NCBI GenBank assembly: GCA_043228905.1
Contig: JBHGNT010000010.1
Span: forward strand, 6,696,001 to 6,760,000
Direction: 5' to 3'
DNA length: 64,000 nt
Origin: Azolla caroliniana
Lineage: Eukaryota; Plantae; Polypodiophyta
A program made the translations under genes and the position numbers. The notes under the pieces were generated by a model. The model did no database searches, was not told the DNA's origin, and saw only the letters and a list, made by a program, of their open reading frames with translations. Positions within the stretch are counted from its first letter, which is position 1; each line of letters opens with the position of its first letter. Shown here in pieces: positions 1 through 11,801 of the stretch.

Positions 1-1928
1 ATTCTCGAAGAACCTCAAACTCAGTTGGTGATAGATTGTAGATCGAACCCCACGATGGATCTTTTCTTGGTTGGAGGTCAATGGGAAAGTTGTACGGCCG
101 ATGCTTTGGATGTACACTAGCTTTGACTTTGTCGAAAACATCAACATATCCTTGATATTTTTCAGGAATTTGGATGTCTGAATTCCCTTGAGTGGCACTA
201 GAGGGTGTCATTGATATTGCAAATAAGAAAAGTTCCTCCTTTCCTTGCACGTGGGACAATTGTTGCAATGTGATTGTTGAGATTTGATGAAAAGGAGATG
301 GTGCACTGGTAGAACTATATTCTTTAAGAGAATAGTCATGGGTTCGATCCTTGGCAATGATGTTTTTTGCTGAAGGGCACCAAATTTCTCGCCTCCTCCA
401 ATCGATTCATGGATTATGTAGCTCGAACCATGGCAAACCAAAGACAATTGGATGCTCAGGGCTACGGGTTATGTTAAAGGAAACTACACATCCTAAATCA
501 CCTAAGAGTATGTGTATTGGCTCAGACTCTTCAAATATCTTCCTGGAAGCTATGGGACATCCATCAATCACTACTATGGAAACAATGCAAGGAAGGGTAT
601 GCAAGGATATTTGATGTTTTTGGGCAAAATCTCTATCCATGAAACAAGAATTCGCTCCAGTATCTAAGAGGGCTTGGACCTGAAGTTGACAACTCGGTGT
701 CCTAACTTGTACTTGGGCAGAGAAGACTCTACTAACATGCTTGGATGAAATGGAACCTACACTAGGTTGTACAGATCTAGGGTTGTTCGACCAAATGGCT
801 CCTATTTTGGTCGGACTTATTCGTTTGAATCCTCTTGTAATTGGATTAGGACTTCAAACTTATTGGACATGGCTAGATTATTCATAATGTTAGAATAATG
901 AAGTGCTTCTAAATTGTTAGACTCACTTTTATTGTCATAGTGAATTCGATTTACCTGACGTCTTGGTCTACGGGGGCAATGAATGGCTATATGTCCTGGA
1001 CCTCCACAATATAAGCATAGACGATTTTCTCGACATCATTGCTTCTCGTCTGACAATGGTCCTCGTTGTTGGGTCATATCGATCTCCATGGGTGTAGGCC
1101 TATCCATTGGGGTTGGACTACTTGTTTGCCTTGGAGTTGGAGCAGGGCTATATGTTTGCCTTGGAGATGATTGCGTCGGTACTGATGCATAAGTTGGTGT
1201 GAATCTTGATCTTGGTATTTGTTTTTGTCACTCACATCAATGCTCAAAAAGATAATTATCACACCATATTGCTCGACTAATAGCTTCTGTAAGTGATTTT
1301 GGATCCTCGGGGAAGGTAAGAAGTAAGTTCTTCACATCACCACGAAGACTAGAACGAAATTGCTCCATTAGGGCTTGCTCATCCCAAGGAATATCGCTTG
1401 TGATGTGACGAAAATTGGTTGCATCTGTTGATGCTGGTTGATCACCTTGACATAGTGTACGAATCTTGTTGATTGTTGTTCTTGCCCTATTTGTATCTCC
1501 AACGCAAGCATTAAATTCTTTGTTAAACTCCTCGAAATTATGCGGTATAGGAGAGTTTGTCTCTACTAATGGAGCAAACCATGACAATGCTATGCTAGTC
1601 AATAAGATACCCACTAACCCGACTCGTGATGCATCTGTCGGATAACGTGTGGGATGCATTTGAATTACCAACCGCACTTGATTCAAGAAATCTCAGAAAT
1701 GCGCCCTCGAACCATCAAATTTAGCTGGGAGGCTGATTTTGGGCTCCTTGATAATTCCTTGACCTTAGAACCTTTGTTGTTGTAAAACTATGATTGTCGA
1801 TTTTAATTGTTGCACCCCTCGCGTGAACTCCTCTTGTTGTTGTTGCTTCTCCACAATAACCTTTTGTAGATCTCCAAGAAGACGTTGATTCTCTAATTCA
1901 AGAGATGCGAACTTGGATTTAAGATTCT
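1..1928 (-). mobile_element. Chromovirus (Tcn1-like) Ty3/gypsy copy G1, internal part: decayed gag, protease and start of RT; runs off the left edge
   Basis: ORF 1237-1686 is gag-like and paralogous to 7394-8365. A CCHC knuckle lies near 970-1015 and the protease motif [13 protein letters not shown] near 630-675. Multiple stops. Confidence 0.9.
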
Positions 1929-3503
1929 TGTTGAACGGCAACCTCAACCGGATCCGAATCGGCTGAATAAGCCTGAGCCGGATCGGCATCCGGAAGGATG
2001 AGCCGGATCGGTGAGCTGGGGAACCGGTTAGCCGGATCAAGCAGTAACTGGAAACCTAGTAGCAGCCTAGACTACTAGGTAGTTAATGTCTCGTAGTTAG
2101 TGTTAGACGCTCGTGTGAGCATTGAAGTACACTGTATTTCTGTCAGTCCTCTTAGGACTTGTATAAATAGTGCTGTTGAGCACGTTGTAGATATAGAGAA
2201 CTATTATTGTTTTGTAATAGATTTTTAACGTTCTGCTCATTCTCTGTCTCTCCCGCGTACACTCTGTGTGTTAATCTCTCTCTCTCTCTCTTTGTTGTTA
2301 TCCGTCTAAGCCGGTTGTCTAACGCTTCCGTAGCTTCATTTTTACATGGTATTAGAGCGTGAGGGTTGAGAACCTCTATAGCCGACATCAACATTTGAAG
2401 ACAAACCCTAAGACCCGATAAGAACAGAAAGAGAAGTGATGGACAGAGGAATGGCTAGCTCGCTCCCGGTGGAGAAGCTCGACAGATCCAACTACGCATC
2501 TTGGTCATACAAGATGCACTAGTACCTGCTTGGGCATGGTTACTGGACCTATGTCGATGGAGCTAACGACACGACACCTGATGTGGCACACAACGACTTC
2601 CCAATGTGGGAACAGGTGGCAAGCAGAATGATGTACTGCTTTGCGTCCAGTGTCGGAGACCAACTGCTGAGGCATGTCTGAGATGCCAAGATGCCAAAAG
2701 AATCTTGGGGAAACCCGAAGAAGGTTTTCACGACAAGCACTACGGTCCAGAAGCTGCAACTCCGACAGGAGTTGAGCAATGTTCGATAGAAGGACATGTC
2801 GGTAGCCGATTACACGGCCCAAATCAAAGAGATATGTGACAGACTTGCCTCTATCAATGTCACTGTAGAGGAAGATGAGATGGTGCAGATCTGTCTTGGG
2901 GGCGTAGTGTCTAAGTTCAGAGCGTTCCGAACGGTGGTATGTACAAGGGAGAAAAGGCCGTCATTTTTCGACTTACAGTCGATGCTCCTTGTAGAGGAGA
3001 ACCACGCCGGTGCATCAACAAGTGCACCCACCTATTGATCGGCAAGCTCAACCGGAGCCGGATCGACTTAATAAGCCTGAGCCGGTAAGCGAGATGAATC
3101 GGTATGCCGGTGAGCAACCGAGCCGATAAGCAGTAAGGACCGGTGAGTGTCAGGAATAGTACTAAAGCAGAGATGGAATTAGTACTAAGAAGAGTAGTAC
3201 TATTAGTACTAAGAGGACGGGACTGCGTAAGATTCCCGAGAGAGAGGAAGTGAGAAGAGGAGAGAGAGAGAAATAGGATGATGACAGCAACTCTTATATT
3301 ATATGAAAGATAAGTACAAATCGGCTAAGAGGCTTAAGACTGGTGTTGAACCAATTTGGTTCAAAACAATGCCTTGTGCCTCCTTTTATAGTGTTTTTAG
3401 GAATAATCCTGAAGCTTCTAGAATGTTCCAGAGAGATCTGGAATATACATCAATTTTCTATGATAAAGCATAAATGAAAATAATATCCTACAAAATACAA
3501 TTC

Positions 3504-3557
3504 TAGTCTAATGGTAAGAGCTCGACCCATGTAGCATAAGGTCATGGGTTCGAGTCT
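3504..3557 (+). promoter_or_regulatory. tRNA-like Pol III A/B-box cassette in G2 LTR (second copy 8725-8778)
   Basis: A box TAGTCTAATGG, 32 nt, B box GGTTCGAGTCT. Antisense to the element. Confidence 0.7.
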
Positions 3558-3583
3558 TGCAATATCATGACACTATCTCCCCC

Positions 3584-6500
3584 TTAAAGACGACGAGTGG
3601 AACGAGTCGGCGCTAATTGCGGACTGGGTTTGTTCGGATACTTTTGGTGGAAATCAGCAAGAAGATCTTGTGCATTGGCAACATGCTTGACGGGTTCCCA
3701 AGTACGTTCGCTCGGACTATAACCGAGCCAATCGACCAAGTAATAAAGTTTGTTGCGAACAAGTTTGGAATCGAGGATGGCAACAACTTCATACTCCAGG
3801 CCGGCATCCAACTCCAGCGGGGGCGGCGGTGGTGTCACACGATCGGGAATGGTGTTTGCTTTATAAGGCTCAAGAAGAGAACAATGGAAAACCGGATGTA
3901 TCTGAAGCTGCGGAGGGAGATCAAGGCGGAAGGTGACATCATTAATCTTCCCCGTAATACAAAAAGGACCGAGTCGTCGATAATCCAACTTGTCGCACGG
4001 TCGAGTAATCTTGATGTGACGACGTAAGAGCCATACTCAATCTCCGATGGCAAAAGAGGAGGGAATCCGATGACGATCCGCATAAGTCTTCTGTGTGTGT
4101 TGAGCATGACAAAGGTGAGTAGAGAGATCCATCTGGATCTTGTGTAGCCTCTCCAAATGATCCTCGGCACGAGGGTTGGTAGGTAGCTCCGGAGTGTCGA
4201 TCACCGGTATAAGCGAAAAATGGGGAGACCCGAGTCGAGGAGTGAATAGCATTATTATACGCAAACTCCGCAAAGTGGAGAATCTCGGCCCAATCGTCCT
4301 GTTGATAACTCAGGAAACACCGGAGATATTGCTCCAGCGTTTGGTTTGTTCGTTCTGCCTGTCCGTCGGTCTGAGGATGTTAGCCGGAGGAGAGGTTGCA
4401 GGAGACCTTGAGCATCTTGAAGAGATGCTGCCAAAATTTGGAGACAAATTGCGGGCCTCGGTCACTGATAATACTGTTTGGGAGGCCATGATGCCGAAAT
4501 ACCTCACGCATAACAAGAGCGGCGGTTTCCTCGCTAGTGATGGCTTTAGTACATGGCACAAAATGTGCCATCTTCGTATATCGATCGACGACGGTTAGGA
4601 TAGCATCAAACCCCTTCGAGACCGGCAGATCTGTGATAAAATCAAGACAAATAGACTGCCATGGCTTACTTGGAATCGGTAAAGGTTCCAACAAGCCATA
4701 TGGATGGTGTCGTGGCATCTTTGCTCGGCAGCAAGCATCACAGGTCCGAACGTAGTCGTCGACAAAACGACGCATGTGGGGCCACCAAAAAGATCGTTGC
4801 ACTAAATCCAATGTCTTAGTACTACCGAAATGTCCCGCCGTATGGGTGTCGTGACAATGTTGGACGATGTGAAGGCGACAGGAGCAATCGGGGACATATA
4901 CACGCTTTTTAAAGAATAACAAACCATCATGATATTCGAATTGTCGGTAGTCAATACCTGGTTGTTGAGACTGAGAACAGGATGCCCGAGAAGTATCAAT
5001 GTGCGCTAGGATGTCTTGAGCAAAACTATCCATCTTCAAAGTTGCACGTATGTCATCGGTAATCCGTGAATCCATCCGGGTGTGAAAAATCCGCGTCGTG
5101 TGCAATCGTGTTGGTCCCAAGATTACTTGCTTTTGATTATCAAATGTTGCGTCACCAGGACGAGGTGCAAGATATGAACGCCGTGATAGTGCATCTGCTT
5201 TTCCTTGCTGCTTCCCCGATCGATATGTGATTTTGAAGTCGAAACGCGTGAGGAATTGCGCCCACCGAGCTTGCCGTTGATTTAGTACGCGAGCGTTCTG
5301 AAAATAAGCAAGATTTTTATGATCGCTAAAGACAATGACCTGATGTGGAGAGCCCTCTAAGAAATGCCGCCATTGTACAAAAGAATCCACGATGGCTAAT
5401 AACTCCTTGTCATGTATTTCGTAGTTGATTTCTGCGACATGGAATTTGCGCGAATGGAAAGCCACCGGATGCAACTCTTCTTTATTGCCTTGTTGAGAAA
5501 GGATGCTACTGAGGGCGAAATCTGATGCGTCGGCCTCCATGATGAATGGTTTGCTTGTATCCACATGAGCTAGAATCGGTGCTGATGTAAAGGCTTTCTT
5601 AAGATGCCGAAAAACCATATCTGCTTCTATGGACCAAAGAAATGCTTGGCCCTTCTTCGTAAGTTGTGTGAGAGGTAAAATAATCTTTGAGTAATCCTGT
5701 ATAAACTTACGGTAGAAGTTAGCAAAACCTAGAAAACATTGTACATCTCGTACTGACCGTGGAATTTGCCACTCTAGTACAGTTTGGATTTTAGTTGGAT
5801 CCATGGCGATGCCCTTTGAGGAGATGACGTAGCCTAGAAATTCCACTTGCTTGCAGTCAAAGCTACATTTTTCTAGCTTGGCATAAAGACCATTCTCGCG
5901 GAGTCGCTTTAGTACTAATAGTACATGAGAATCGTGCTCTTCCTGGGTCTTCGAATAAATCAACAAATCATCCAGATAAATGATCAAACAGATATCCAAG
6001 AGGTCTCTGAATATATCATTTGCCATGTGTTGGAAGACTGCGGGTGCATTGGTTAGGCCAAACGGCATAATAGTATACTCGAAATGCCCATACCGCGTGC
6101 GAAAGGCGGTCTTCCACTCATTTCCCGGTCGGATCCGCACGAGATTATACGCTCCTCGTAGGTCGATTTTAGTAAAAAACTTGGCACCATTGACTCGCTC
6201 TAAAAGACTTGATATAAGAGGAAGTGCATACCTATTCCGGATGGTGACTTTATTCAATCCGCGGTAATCAACGACAAGACGAAGTGAGCCATCTTTCTTC
6301 TTGACAAAGAAGATGGGTGCACCGGCCGGAGATTTCGAATGGCGGATGAACCCGCTTGCCAAGTTCTCCTCTATGTAGGCTCGAAGGACTTCTAACTCGG
6401 TGGGTGACAAGTTGTAAATTGGTCCCCATGGTGGCTCGGTTCCTGGTTGTGAATCGATGGGACAGTCATAGGGACGGTGATGAGGAAGGGTACCGGCTTT

Positions 6501-7145
6501 TACCTTGTCAAATACATCGGCATAAGGATGATATTTTGCTGGAAGTTGTACTGAAGAGTCCTTCTTAATAGTGCTGGAAGGATGTACTGATACTGCAAAT
6601 AGGAACATTGCCTCCTTGGGTCCTTCTTTGCGTAGTTGATGGAGTGAAATGGTCGAAACTTGGTGAGTTGATTCTTGGGGTGGTCGATATCGGACTTCTC
6701 TTGTTCTCCAATCTATGGCTGGATTATGTAATTCAAACCAAGGTAATCCTAGGACAATGGGATGCTCTGGACTACTAATTATATTAAATGATATTACACA
6801 CACAAAACTACCTAGGACAACTTGAATGGGTTCTGATTCTTCTATAATATTCCCGGAAGCAATGGGACGACCATCAATGACTACTACAGATGCGGGACAA
6901 GGAAATTTTCTTAAGGATATCTGAAAAGCTTGGGCAAAATTTCGATCCATGAAACAGGAATTAGCTCCGGAATCTAAAAGTGCTAGGACGGGTACTGGGG
7001 GAGTACTTTTAGTACTAACAATGACTTGGGCTAGGAACACATTGCTAACTTGCTTGGAAGGAATGGAACCACTAATGGGCTGTACAGATCTAGGGCTGCT
7101 GTCCAACCAAACGGCTCCTATTTTGGCTGGACTCAATCGTTTAAC
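3584..7145 (-). CDS. G2 pol: protease-RT-RNaseH-integrase-chromodomain, lesions only in the distal integrase
   Basis: 918-aa ORF 4380-7136 with LLDSGA, YLDDLL and EADASDF. Terminal ORF has GPF and chromodomain ([24 protein letters not shown]) motifs. Confidence 0.92.
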
Positions 7146-8290
7146 TCTTCATCTAATTGACTAAGGATTTCAAATTTATTTGAGATACTTGGGCTATTAG
7201 TACTATGAATACTATCAAACACTCTATTAGTACTATTAATACTATCAGACACTCCTAAGGGAAGAATTGACTCGGGTTTAGTACAGGCTACAATTTGATT
7301 TACCTGTCTTCTTGGCCTATGGGGACAATTGATTGCGATATGCCCTGGTCCACCGCAATAAAGACATAATCGATTTGCACATCGTCGTTGCTTTTATTCT
7401 TCTGATAACGGGCCGCGTCGACGCATGGTATCGATCTCCATCGATGTCGAAGTATTTGCTTGAGGGATGTCTCGTGCAAATGGTCTAGCCGCGACTGCGG
7501 CGTAAGTGGGCTCCGGCCTAGCGCGTGGTATCTGTAATTGACGTTCCGAACGCCGTTCGAAGAGGCGGTTGTCACATCGGACCGCTCGACTGATTGCCTC
7601 CGTAAGAGACTTTGGTTCTTCGGGGAAGGTTAGAAGTAGATCTTTGACATCATTTCGCAGGCCATAGCGAAACTGCTCCATTAGTGGTTGATCATCCCAG
7701 GGTATGTCGGAAGCGAGTAGGCGGAAATCCGCCGCATAGGTAGAGGCTGGACGATCGCCTTGACGCAATCGCCGGATCTTGTTGATTGCCGTCCTGATGC
7801 TGTCGGTGTCTCCAAAGTAGGCTTTGAACTCACTAATAAAATCTTCAAAGTTATTAAGCAAGGGCGATTGTTTTTCTAGAAGCGGAGCGAACCATGCTAA
7901 GGTTGAGCCGCTAAGCAACGTGCCTATTAAGCCGACTCGGGATGCATCAGTGGGGTATCGGGAAGGATGCATTTGGAGGACTAATCGTACCTGATTAAGG
8001 AATCCCCTGAATTGCGATCGCGTTCCATCAAATTCCACAGGAAGTCCAATCTTCGGCTCTTTATGAAATCCTTGGGCACTTGATCCTTGTTGTTGCAATG
8101 CCGCTTCAAGTTGTTGCACCCGTAACGCTAACTCCCCATGTTGTTGCTGCGTTTGTTGCTTTTCTAGAGCGATTTGTTGGAGATCCCCTATCAGCCGTTG
8201 GTTTTCTTGTTCCAGGGCAACAAACTTTTCTTTTAGGCACTGTAACTCGGAGAACACGGATTGATATTCTTGGGCGCTAACAGTAGCCAT
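7133..8290 (-). pseudogene. G2 gag (coiled coil, capsid, CCHC knuckle), one premature TAA at 7394-7396
   Basis: MATVSAQEYQ..FDGTRSQFRGFLNQ..CLYCGGPGHIAINC. The frame reads through to TTA AAC GAT TGA at 7133. Confidence 0.88.
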
Positions 8291-9178
8291 AGTAGGGGGG
8301 AAAAGGATAGGAGGATGAGGGAGAACGACAAGTAGGCTGGAGGAAAGAGGAAGAAATTGGTTCAAACTGTCAGGAATAGTACTAAAGCAGAGATGGAATT
8401 AGTACTAAGAAGAGTAGTACTATTAGTACTAAGAGGACGGGACTGCGTAAGATTCCCGAGAGAGAGGAAGTGAGAAGAGGAGAGAGAGAGAAATAGGATG
8501 ATGACAACAGCTCTTATATTATATGAAAGATAAGTACAAATCGGCTAAGAGGCTTAAGACTGGTGTTGAACCAATTTGGTTCAAAACAATGCCTTGTGCC
8601 TCCTTTTATAGTGTTTTTAGGAATAATCCTGAAGCTTCTAGAATGTTCCAGAGAGATCTGGAATATACATCAATTTTCTATGATAAAGCATAAATGAAAA
8701 TAATATCCTACAAAATACAATTCATAGTCTAATGGTAAGAGCTCGACCCATGTAGCATAAGGTCATGGGTTCGAGTCTTACCATATCATGACAGTGAGCT
8801 GGGGAGTCGGTATGCCGCATCCTATCCGCAACCGGAAGTCTAGTATAGGTTAGACTACTAGCCAGTTATAGTCTCGTAGTTAGTGTCAGACGCTCATGTG
8901 AGCATTGAAGTACTCCGTACTTCTAACAGTCTCGTGTGGACTTGTATAAATAGCGGTGATGAGCGCGTTCTAGATACAAAGCACAGAGTATTAATATAAT
9001 CTTGAAAAATAGTGTGTTTTGCTCTCTCACTCTCTGTCTCTCCCGCGTACTCTCTCTCTCTGTATTGTTCTTTCTAACGCTTCCACAAGCAATCTTTTAC
9101 ATGGTATCAGAGCACATGGGTTGAGAACCTCTGCTGCAGACATCTACACTTGTGAAGAAAACAGACACAAAAGGAGAA

Positions 9179-10193
9179 ATGGACAGAGGTATGGCTACGT
9201 CACTCCCGGTGGAGAAGCTCGACAGAACCAACTACGCATCTTGGTCATACAAGATGCACCAGTACCTGCTTGGGCATGGCTACTAGAGTTATGTCGACGG
9301 AGTGAACGACTCAGCACCGGAGACGACACACAAGGACTTCCTAGTGTGGGAACAGGCGACAAGCAGGGTGATGTACTGCTTCGCGTCCAGTGTCGGTGAC
9401 CAGCTGCTCAGCCATATCCGTAACGCCAAGACACCGAAGGATGCTTGGGGAAACTTGAAAAAGGTCTTCGCCTCAAGCACCATTGCCCGGAAGCTGCAAC
9501 TTAGACAGGAGTTGAGCACTGTTCGACTGAAGAACATGTCGGTAGCAGATTACACAAACCGGATCAAAGGGATCTGTGACTCGCTTGCTTCTATTAACGT
9601 CACCGTAGAGGAAGACGAGATGGTGCAGGTTTGTCTTGGAGGCCTGGCGTCCAAGTTCGGAGCTTTCCGGACTGCGGTTTGTACAAGGGAGAATACGCCC
9701 TCATTTTTCGACTTACAGTCGATGCTCCTTGTAGAGGAGAACCACGCCGGTGCATCTTTCAGTGCACCTCTAGACAACCGGATGCTGTACACGGGAGCGG
9801 ATCGGTCCCGCGGGCGTGGTGGATGAGGCAGGTCGGCACGCAATGGAGGCGGCCGGCAAGAGCAGGAATGAAGGTACAGTGAGCGTGCCGACAGCAATTC
9901 CGGGACTTCGACAACTAGGGGGAGTCAAGGTGGTGCCGGAAGCCGGCAAGACAAACCCGCTACGGAATGTTGGTACTGTGGCAAAAAGGGCCATAGGGAA
10001 AGCGAGTGCTAGAGAAAGCGTGCCGATTCGAACAAATCTGGATCCGGCAAGACCGGTAAGGAAGGCCGGCAAAGCTCGCAGTACGCAAACGGATCGGGAG
10101 GATCCAAGAACGATAAGGGGCCAACATTGGTGATGAAGCACAAGGAAAACTCAATGAAGAAGACCACTTCCAAATCGGAGGAAGTGTGGTACG
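9179..10193 (+). pseudogene. Copia B gag up to the protease active-site motif
   Basis: MDRGMATSLPVEKL.. start, CWYCGKKGH knuckle, in-frame stops. Cut at WY|VDSG by gypsy G3. Confidence 0.88.
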
Positions 10194-10255
10194 TGTCATG
10201 ATAACACTCACATCATGCATGGAAAGGATCATGACACTCATATTATGACTCGAAA

Positions 10256-10310
10256 GGATTTGAACCCACGACCTTGTTGTACACACGTCAAATCCTTAAC
10301 CATTGTATTA
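10256..10310 (-). promoter_or_regulatory. tRNA-like A/B-box cassette in G3 LTR (second copy 15507-15561)
   Basis: TAATACAATGG, 33 nt, GGTTCAAATCC. Antisense to the element. Confidence 0.65.
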
Positions 10311-10750
10311 ATATTCTTATATGTATAGTCTCTAGAATATGAAATCTAATATCATAGGAATATTCTATATTACTCTACATTCTAGAATGACCTAGAATAT
10401 TCTAGAGTGTTCTATACCACTAGAACCTTCTAGAATACTCTAGAGATCTTCTAGATTACTCTACATTCTAGGATAACCTAGAATATTCTAGAATGTTCTC
10501 TATTACTTATAAATAGGGATCTACCACCCATCCCAAACCTAAATTGGTTCAACGCCATTTTGTAGCCTACTCTTTGTAATCCATTTTACGCTTCAATATA
10601 ATAATTCTCTTTCAATTATCTCTCTATCTCTTTTTCTCTCTTTCTCTCTCTCAGTCTTGACAGTTTGAACCAATTTTTTTCCTTTCATCTCTTCGTCTTC
10701 CACAAATCCTAACAAGTTCTCTGCTTCCTTCTCCTCTCCTCTCGTAAGCT

Positions 10751-11785
10751 ATGGAGTCCGTGAGCAAACAAGAATACATGCGTGTTCTTTCTAAGCTCGA
10801 CATGCTCACGAATAAATTTGTGGCATTAGAGCATGAGAATCAAAGGCTACTTGGAGATCTACAACACGTGAGCGCCGAAAAAGCTCAACAATATGAAGAG
10901 TTATCACAGCGGGTTCATCAACTCGAGGCGACTATATTGTCATTACGTGAGCAAGCGTCGAGGGCTCATAACTCCCCTAGAGAGCCAAAGATCAGCCTCC
11001 TTGCCAAGTTTGATGGTACGAGGTCTTTATTTCGAGGCTTTTTGAATCAAGTTCGTCTAGTTATTAAGCTATATCCCAATCAATATCCAACTGATGCTGC
11101 TCGTGTGGGATTAGTGGGAACTTTGCTATGCAGTACGGCGTTAGCATGGTTCGCACCACTTCTCGAGAAGAAATCACCATTACTGGAGGATTTCGAGGCA
11201 TTTGTTAAAGAGTTTCAAGCTAGTTTCGGAGACACTGACAACACTAGGACAGCGATAAACAAGATTCGAAGGCTCCGACAAGGAGATCGTCCCGCGTCGT
11301 CTTATGCAGCCGATTTCCGTCTCTTGGCATGCGATATCCCTTGGGATGAGGCAGCTTTAATGGATCAATTCCGCCAAGGTTTGAGAAATGATGTCAAAGA
11401 TCTTCTTCTTACTTTCCCTGAAGATCTGCAGTCACTTATAGAAGCCATTAGTCGAGCTGTGCGATGTGATAATCGCCTATTTGAGCGACGTTTTGAGCAC
11501 CAACAAATGTTACGCCGCCAACCTGAGCAGACTTACGCTGCCGTAGTCGCAACACCTCCACAAGTTTCTAGACCCATTACAAAGGATGGCCCAACTCCGA
11601 TGGAAATAGAGTCAACACAACATCGTGGGCCGTTATCAGATGCTGAGAAGCAACGACGTCGAGCGCATCGCCTTTGCCTGTATTGTGGCGGTCCAGGACA
11701 TATAGCTGTAAATTGTCCACATAAACCTAGGCGTCAAGTATACCAAGTAAGTGCCCATGCCATGAGAATAGATTCGATGTCTTGA
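10751..11785 (+). CDS. G3 gag
   Basis: 344-aa ORF with retrotransposon gag features and a CLYCGGPGHIAVNC knuckle. Confidence 0.9.
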   Translation: MESVSKQEYMRVLSKLDMLTNKFVALEHENQRLLGDLQHVSAEKAQQYEELSQRVHQLEATILSLREQASRAHNSPREPKISLLAKFDGTRSLFRGFLNQVRLVIKLYPNQYPTDAARVGLVGTLLCSTALAWFAPLLEKKSPLLEDFEAFVKEFQASFGDTDNTRTAINKIRRLRQGDRPASSYAADFRLLACDIPWDEAALMDQFRQGLRNDVKDLLLTFPEDLQSLIEAISRAVRCDNRLFERRFEHQQMLRRQPEQTYAAVVATPPQVSRPITKDGPTPMEIESTQHRGPLSDAEKQRRRAHRLCLYCGGPGHIAVNCPHKPRRQVYQVSAHAMRIDSMS

Positions 11786-11801
11786 GTCAATTAGAGGATG
11801 T

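Larger units (their letters stand above)
3148..8793 (-). mobile_element. Chromovirus (Tcn1-like) Ty3/gypsy G2, full length, inserted in the 5' LTR of copia B
   Basis: LTRs 3148-3572 and 8368-8793 (about 5 differences by eye), PPT next to 3573, TSD GTGAG at 3143-3147 and 8794-8798. Confidence 0.95.
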
